DNA of 20,000 bases. It comes from an uncultured Gemmatimonadota bacterium (GTDB lineage: Bacteria > GCA-2686955). The position numbers were made by a program, and so were the translations under genes. Below are positions 16,315 to 20,000 of this stretch, in pieces. Under the pieces are notes generated by a model. It worked only from the letters and a program-made list of their open reading frames with translations. It ran no database searches and was not told the origin of the DNA. Every line of letters begins with the position of its first letter. Position 1 is the stretch's first letter. Location: positions 49,536 through 69,535 of the forward strand of contig CAZBBK010000027.1 in NCBI GenBank assembly GCA_964490075.1, in the 5' to 3' direction.

Positions 16315-17592
16315 ATGAAGAGCTGGCTCTGGCCGATCGCGGCCCTGGCCCTGGCCCTGCTCGGCGGCTGCGCCCCCCCCGAGGAGTCGGGACGGGTCGT
16401 GCTGATCGGGATCGACGGCGCGACGATGCGGGTGATGGCCCCGCTGCTCGAGGCCGGAGAGCTGCCGAATCTGGCGACACTCGCCGAGCAAGGCGTGATC
16501 GGGGCGCTGCACCCTTCGCAGCCGCTCTCTTCGCCGCGCATCTGGAACACCATGGCGACCGGCAAGGAGCCCGAGCAGCACGGCATCCTCGGCTTCGCCC
16601 TGCAAGAGGGAGCCGGCACGAAACGTCTCTACTACAGCACCGACCGCAAGGTCCATGCCCTCTGGAACATCGTCTCCGACGCCGGACTCTCGGTGGCGGT
16701 CGTCAACTTCTGGAACACCTTCCCGCCGGACAAGATCGACGGCGTCATGGTCTCCGATCACGTGCTCGCCGCCGAGGTACAACGCCTGAGCGAGGTGCTC
16801 GGCACGGCCCCCGCGCCGGCGGCCGCGACCGTCTACCCCGAGAAATGGGCCGAGCGAGTGCAAACTCTGTTGCGTTCATCCGAGCGTGCGACGGATTTCC
16901 CCGACCCCCTGGCCGATCCCTCGACCCTCCCGCCCTGGAACCAGGCCTCCGGCACCCGTCTCACGCGCCGCAGCGGCGAAGACGACGCCCTGGTGCGCAT
17001 CGCGTGTGCGATCGAAGAGGAACTGCGCCCGAAGCTCCTGATGTTGCTGCTGCCCGGAATCGACCGCGTCTCTCACCATCTCTGGGGGACGATCGAGCCG
17101 CCCGAGCTCTACCCCGAACATCTGCGGCCCGAGCCTGAGCAGCGCGCCGCCGGCGCGGCGGCGCTGCGCGACTACTACCGCTATACCGACGCTCTGATCG
17201 GCACCCTGCTGGCCCGCTACTCGCCCGACGATCTGGTCATGGTGGTGTCGGACCACGGCTTCGAGGCGGGAACACCGATGCCGCGCCTGACCGGCACCCA
17301 CGACTCCGCGCGGGCGGCAGCGGGCGTGCTCTTGGCGCGCGGGCGCGGCATCGAGCGGCGCGGCGCGGCGCAGCGGATCGACGCCGCCGACGTCACCCCC
17401 ACCATCCTCAGCTGGCTGGGGCTGCCGGTGGCCGCCGACATGAGCGGCGCCTGCGCCCTCTTCCTGGACGCCGCCCCCACACCACCGATCGGCAGCTACG
17501 AGGGCGCGCCGATCGAGCGCGTGCCGGCGGCGAGCTCGGGAGCCGAGGAGCGGGTGCTGGAACGACTGAGAAGTCTGGGATACCTGGACTGA
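16315..17592 (+). CDS. Alkaline-phosphatase-superfamily lipoprotein (type I phosphodiesterase/nucleotide pyrophosphatase-like)
   Basis: MKSWLW...LLGGC lipobox; VLIGIDGA, PLSSPRIWNTMATG, IDRVSH, VVSDHGF, GTH; ends LRSLGYLD; TAGACT 5 nt before ATG 16315. Confidence 0.9.
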   Translation: MKSWLWPIAALALALLGGCAPPEESGRVVLIGIDGATMRVMAPLLEAGELPNLATLAEQGVIGALHPSQPLSSPRIWNTMATGKEPEQHGILGFALQEGAGTKRLYYSTDRKVHALWNIVSDAGLSVAVVNFWNTFPPDKIDGVMVSDHVLAAEVQRLSEVLGTAPAPAAATVYPEKWAERVQTLLRSSERATDFPDPLADPSTLPPWNQASGTRLTRRSGEDDALVRIACAIEEELRPKLLMLLLPGIDRVSHHLWGTIEPPELYPEHLRPEPEQRAAGAAALRDYYRYTDALIGTLLARYSPDDLVMVVSDHGFEAGTPMPRLTGTHDSARAAAGVLLARGRGIERRGAAQRIDAADVTPTILSWLGLPVAADMSGACALFLDAAPTPPIGSYEGAPIERVPAASSGAEERVLERLRSLGYLD

Positions 17593-17672
17593 CCACCCGC
17601 GCGATGGGTGGCGGCTTATGGGATAAGCTGGGCCCTCATCTCGGAACTGGTCCGCCACCGCTCCACCCGCCC

Positions 17673-19664
17673 ATGCAAGAGAATCCACCGCGCAAGCCGC
17701 TCCTCTCGATCTGGATCGCCCACCTGGCGGCCGGATTCGCCGCGGCCACCCTGCTCACCCTCGCGCAGACCGCGTACGCGCTGCGAGCGGTCGCGACGGG
17801 AGTGGTGCGGGTCAGCTGGGTGCTATACGAGACCGGACCGGGCAGCGCCTTGTGGCGAACCGGCTTGCTCGATCGACTCGCGCCCTACGCCGATCCCGAG
17901 CACTCCCTGCTGACCCCGGCGAGCGGCTACGGCGGCGCGCTGCTCCATCTCAGCCTCGGCACGGCGCTGGTGGTGGCGCTGGCGGCCTCCTTCCCCGGCG
18001 CGCTGATCGAGCGGGCGCTTCAAAGACCCTGGGAGCGACTGGTTGGGCGGCGCGGCGGCGCTCTTCGATCGGCACTGCCGCGGCTGCTGCCGATCGCCAC
18101 CTGGGCCGGCGTGCTGGCGGCGGCGTGCGTGCTCGGCGAGGGGCGGCGGGCCTGGTCCGCGCACTTCCTCGTCGGTGCGTCGGCGGCGGCGGTCGCCGTC
18201 GCGACCCTGGCGGCGGCCGATCGAGCCCGGCGTCTGGTCACGACGAGCGCGCTGCTCGGCGCTCCGCTGCTCGCCGCGGCCTGCGCGCTGGTCGAGATCC
18301 GCGCGCTCGGTGGCCGCCAGGCAGGCACCGAGTGGAGCCCCTCGGCGCCCGGCACCATCCCCCCCCCGGCCCGGGTCATCCTGATCGGCATCGACACGCT
18401 GCGCGCCGACCACCTCTCCTGCTACGGCTACCGGCGACCGACCTCTCCCGCCATCGACGCCGTGGCCGAGTCCGAGGGCGTGCGCTTCGACCGGGCCCAC
18501 GCGGCGGCGCCGTGGACGCTGCCTTCGTCGATCTCGACCATGACCTCCCTCTACCCCTCCCGGCATCAGGTCGAGCACGACAACGCAACCATGGCCCCGG
18601 GCATCCCCACGCTCGCCTCGGTGTTTCGCGACAGCGGCTGGCACAGCGCGGCCTTCGTCACCCACATCTACGTCAGTCACCTCTTCGGCTTCGACACCGG
18701 CTTCGTGGAGTTCCACGAGCCCTCGGTGCGGATGGATTTCGTGGAGGGCTTCCAGCTGCGCGCCAACCAGCTCACCGATATGGCGCTGCCCTGGCTCGAG
18801 CAGCACCGCGAAGAGCGTTTCTTCCTCTACCTACACTATTTCGATCCGCACCTGAACTACGACCCACCCCCCCCCTACGACACCATGTTCACCGATCCGC
18901 AGTACCGGGGCGAAGCGATCGGCAACTACGCTTTTTGCGAACCCTTCATCTCCCGCGATTCCGACATGGCCGCGGTCGATCGCGAGCATATCGTCGCTCT
19001 CTACGATGGTGAGATCGCCTTCGCCGACCACCACATCGGGCGGCTCTTCGCCGCTCTGCGCGAGCTAGAGATGTGGGACGACACCCTGCTCATGATCCTC
19101 GCCGACCACGGCGAAGAGTTCGAGGATCACGGCGCCATCGGCCATTCGCCCAGCATGTTCCAGGAGGTGCTCCGAGTCCCGCTGATCGTCAAGCTGCCCG
19201 GCGGTCGTCCGGAGGGTTGGCGGCCGGCGGTCGGCGAGGTGGTGAGCAACATCGACATCGCGCCGACGGTGCTGGACGTCGCCGGCCTGACTCCACCCGC
19301 GAGCTTCCAGGGCCGCAGCCTCGTGCCGCTCATGCAGCGCCCCGGAGAGAACGCGACAGTTTTTTCGCGCACCCTGCGCGGCGGAACCGTGGCGGTGGTG
19401 GTCCAGGACCAGCAGAAGCTGATCCACACCGCCGAGGAGGGCAGCGCGTCGTCGGACCTGGTTTTCGATCTCCAACACGATCCCAGCGAGCGCAGCTCGC
19501 TCACCACGCGCCGCCCCGAGCGGACCGAGAACTTGCGCAACACACTTTTCGAGCAGGCACGACGCGGCCGCGCACTCGGCCCGCCGACCACGGGGCGCAC
19601 TGGGGCCGTGGAGCTTACCCCCGAGCAGATCGAGCACCTGGAGTCGCTGGGCTACGTGGACTAG
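17673..19664 (+). CDS. Sulfatase-like hydrolase/transferase with multi-pass N-terminal membrane domain (start uncertain, 17604 or 17673)
   Basis: Several hydrophobic helices, then ILIGIDTLRADHL, APWTLPSS, HYFDPH, LYDGEI, ADHGEEF, VPLIVK, DIAPTVL; ends LESLGYVD. Confidence 0.9.
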   Translation: MQENPPRKPLLSIWIAHLAAGFAAATLLTLAQTAYALRAVATGVVRVSWVLYETGPGSALWRTGLLDRLAPYADPEHSLLTPASGYGGALLHLSLGTALVVALAASFPGALIERALQRPWERLVGRRGGALRSALPRLLPIATWAGVLAAACVLGEGRRAWSAHFLVGASAAAVAVATLAAADRARRLVTTSALLGAPLLAAACALVEIRALGGRQAGTEWSPSAPGTIPPPARVILIGIDTLRADHLSCYGYRRPTSPAIDAVAESEGVRFDRAHAAAPWTLPSSISTMTSLYPSRHQVEHDNATMAPGIPTLASVFRDSGWHSAAFVTHIYVSHLFGFDTGFVEFHEPSVRMDFVEGFQLRANQLTDMALPWLEQHREERFFLYLHYFDPHLNYDPPPPYDTMFTDPQYRGEAIGNYAFCEPFISRDSDMAAVDREHIVALYDGEIAFADHHIGRLFAALRELEMWDDTLLMILADHGEEFEDHGAIGHSPSMFQEVLRVPLIVKLPGGRPEGWRPAVGEVVSNIDIAPTVLDVAGLTPPASFQGRSLVPLMQRPGENATVFSRTLRGGTVAVVVQDQQKLIHTAEEGSASSDLVFDLQHDPSERSSLTTRRPERTENLRNTLFEQARRGRALGPPTTGRTGAVELTPEQIEHLESLGYVD

Positions 19665-19672
19665 CGGTGTTC

Positions 19673-19714
19673 GGGGGGCCGCTGCGGCCTCCTCGGTCCC
19701 GGCAAAGCCGGGCC
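19673..19714 (+). terminator. Two tandem GC-rich hairpins after the sulfatase-like gene; possible terminator
   Basis: GGCCG-CTG-CGGCC and CCCGGC-AAA-GCCGGG within about 50 nt of the stop; no U-tract. Confidence 0.3.
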
Positions 19715-20000
19715 CTGCGGTGTCCTCCGCGGTCGGCGGCAGCCTCCTCGGCGCGGGACGCGCCTGCGGGGTCTGCCGCCGAAAGAGAGTATGCTGGCAC
19801 CAATCTCGGGTGCGGCTCGCCCCATCGCACGAGGAAATAGGCCGCTCCTTCCAATCCCCACGGAGTCCCACCATGGGGTCCTTGGATCCTGCCGGTCATC
19901 GCCACAGCCCGGTCTCCTCGATGCGCGCGATCAGGCTGGGCGCAGCGTGTCCCTTCGGCAGGCGTGCGTGACGGCCTGATCGCGGCCGGGCTACGGTCGG

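Noticed and set aside
19720..20000. Short ORFs and a TATGCT box at the right edge
   Set aside because: No protein motifs and context is cut by the window edge, so no call can be supported.

Overview
High-GC bacterial DNA from what looks like an accessory, patchwork region; I cannot assign the taxon with confidence. Most genes encode exported or envelope proteins: a tandem parallel beta-helix protein, two alpha/beta-hydrolase-fold proteins, an LVIVD-repeat remnant, an FG-GAP/ASPIC-UnbV lipoprotein, an S8 subtilase, an AlkP-superfamily lipoprotein, a membrane-anchored sulfatase-like protein and a membrane metallophosphoesterase. Small self-promoting cassettes sit among them: an AAA_14/DUF4143 ATPase with a C-terminal PD-(D/E)XK-like motif, a Phd-VapC toxin-antitoxin pair, and a 79-aa protein coupled to a MenT1-like nucleotidyltransferase. 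Best candidates for something new: (1) the small-protein/nucleotidyltransferase pair with its own palindromic operator, a probable MenAT-like system whose antitoxin I do not recognise; (2) a 110-bp element with perfect 17-bp inverted repeats exactly where a beta-helix gene is truncated; (3) recurrent leaderless promoters (TANNNT 5-6 nt before ATG). Three frameshifts in the first 5 kb are each repaired by adding one base, which indicates either sequencing error or gene decay. No CRISPR array, rRNA, tRNA, transposase or integrase was seen. All family assignments come from motif recognition by eye, not database searches.
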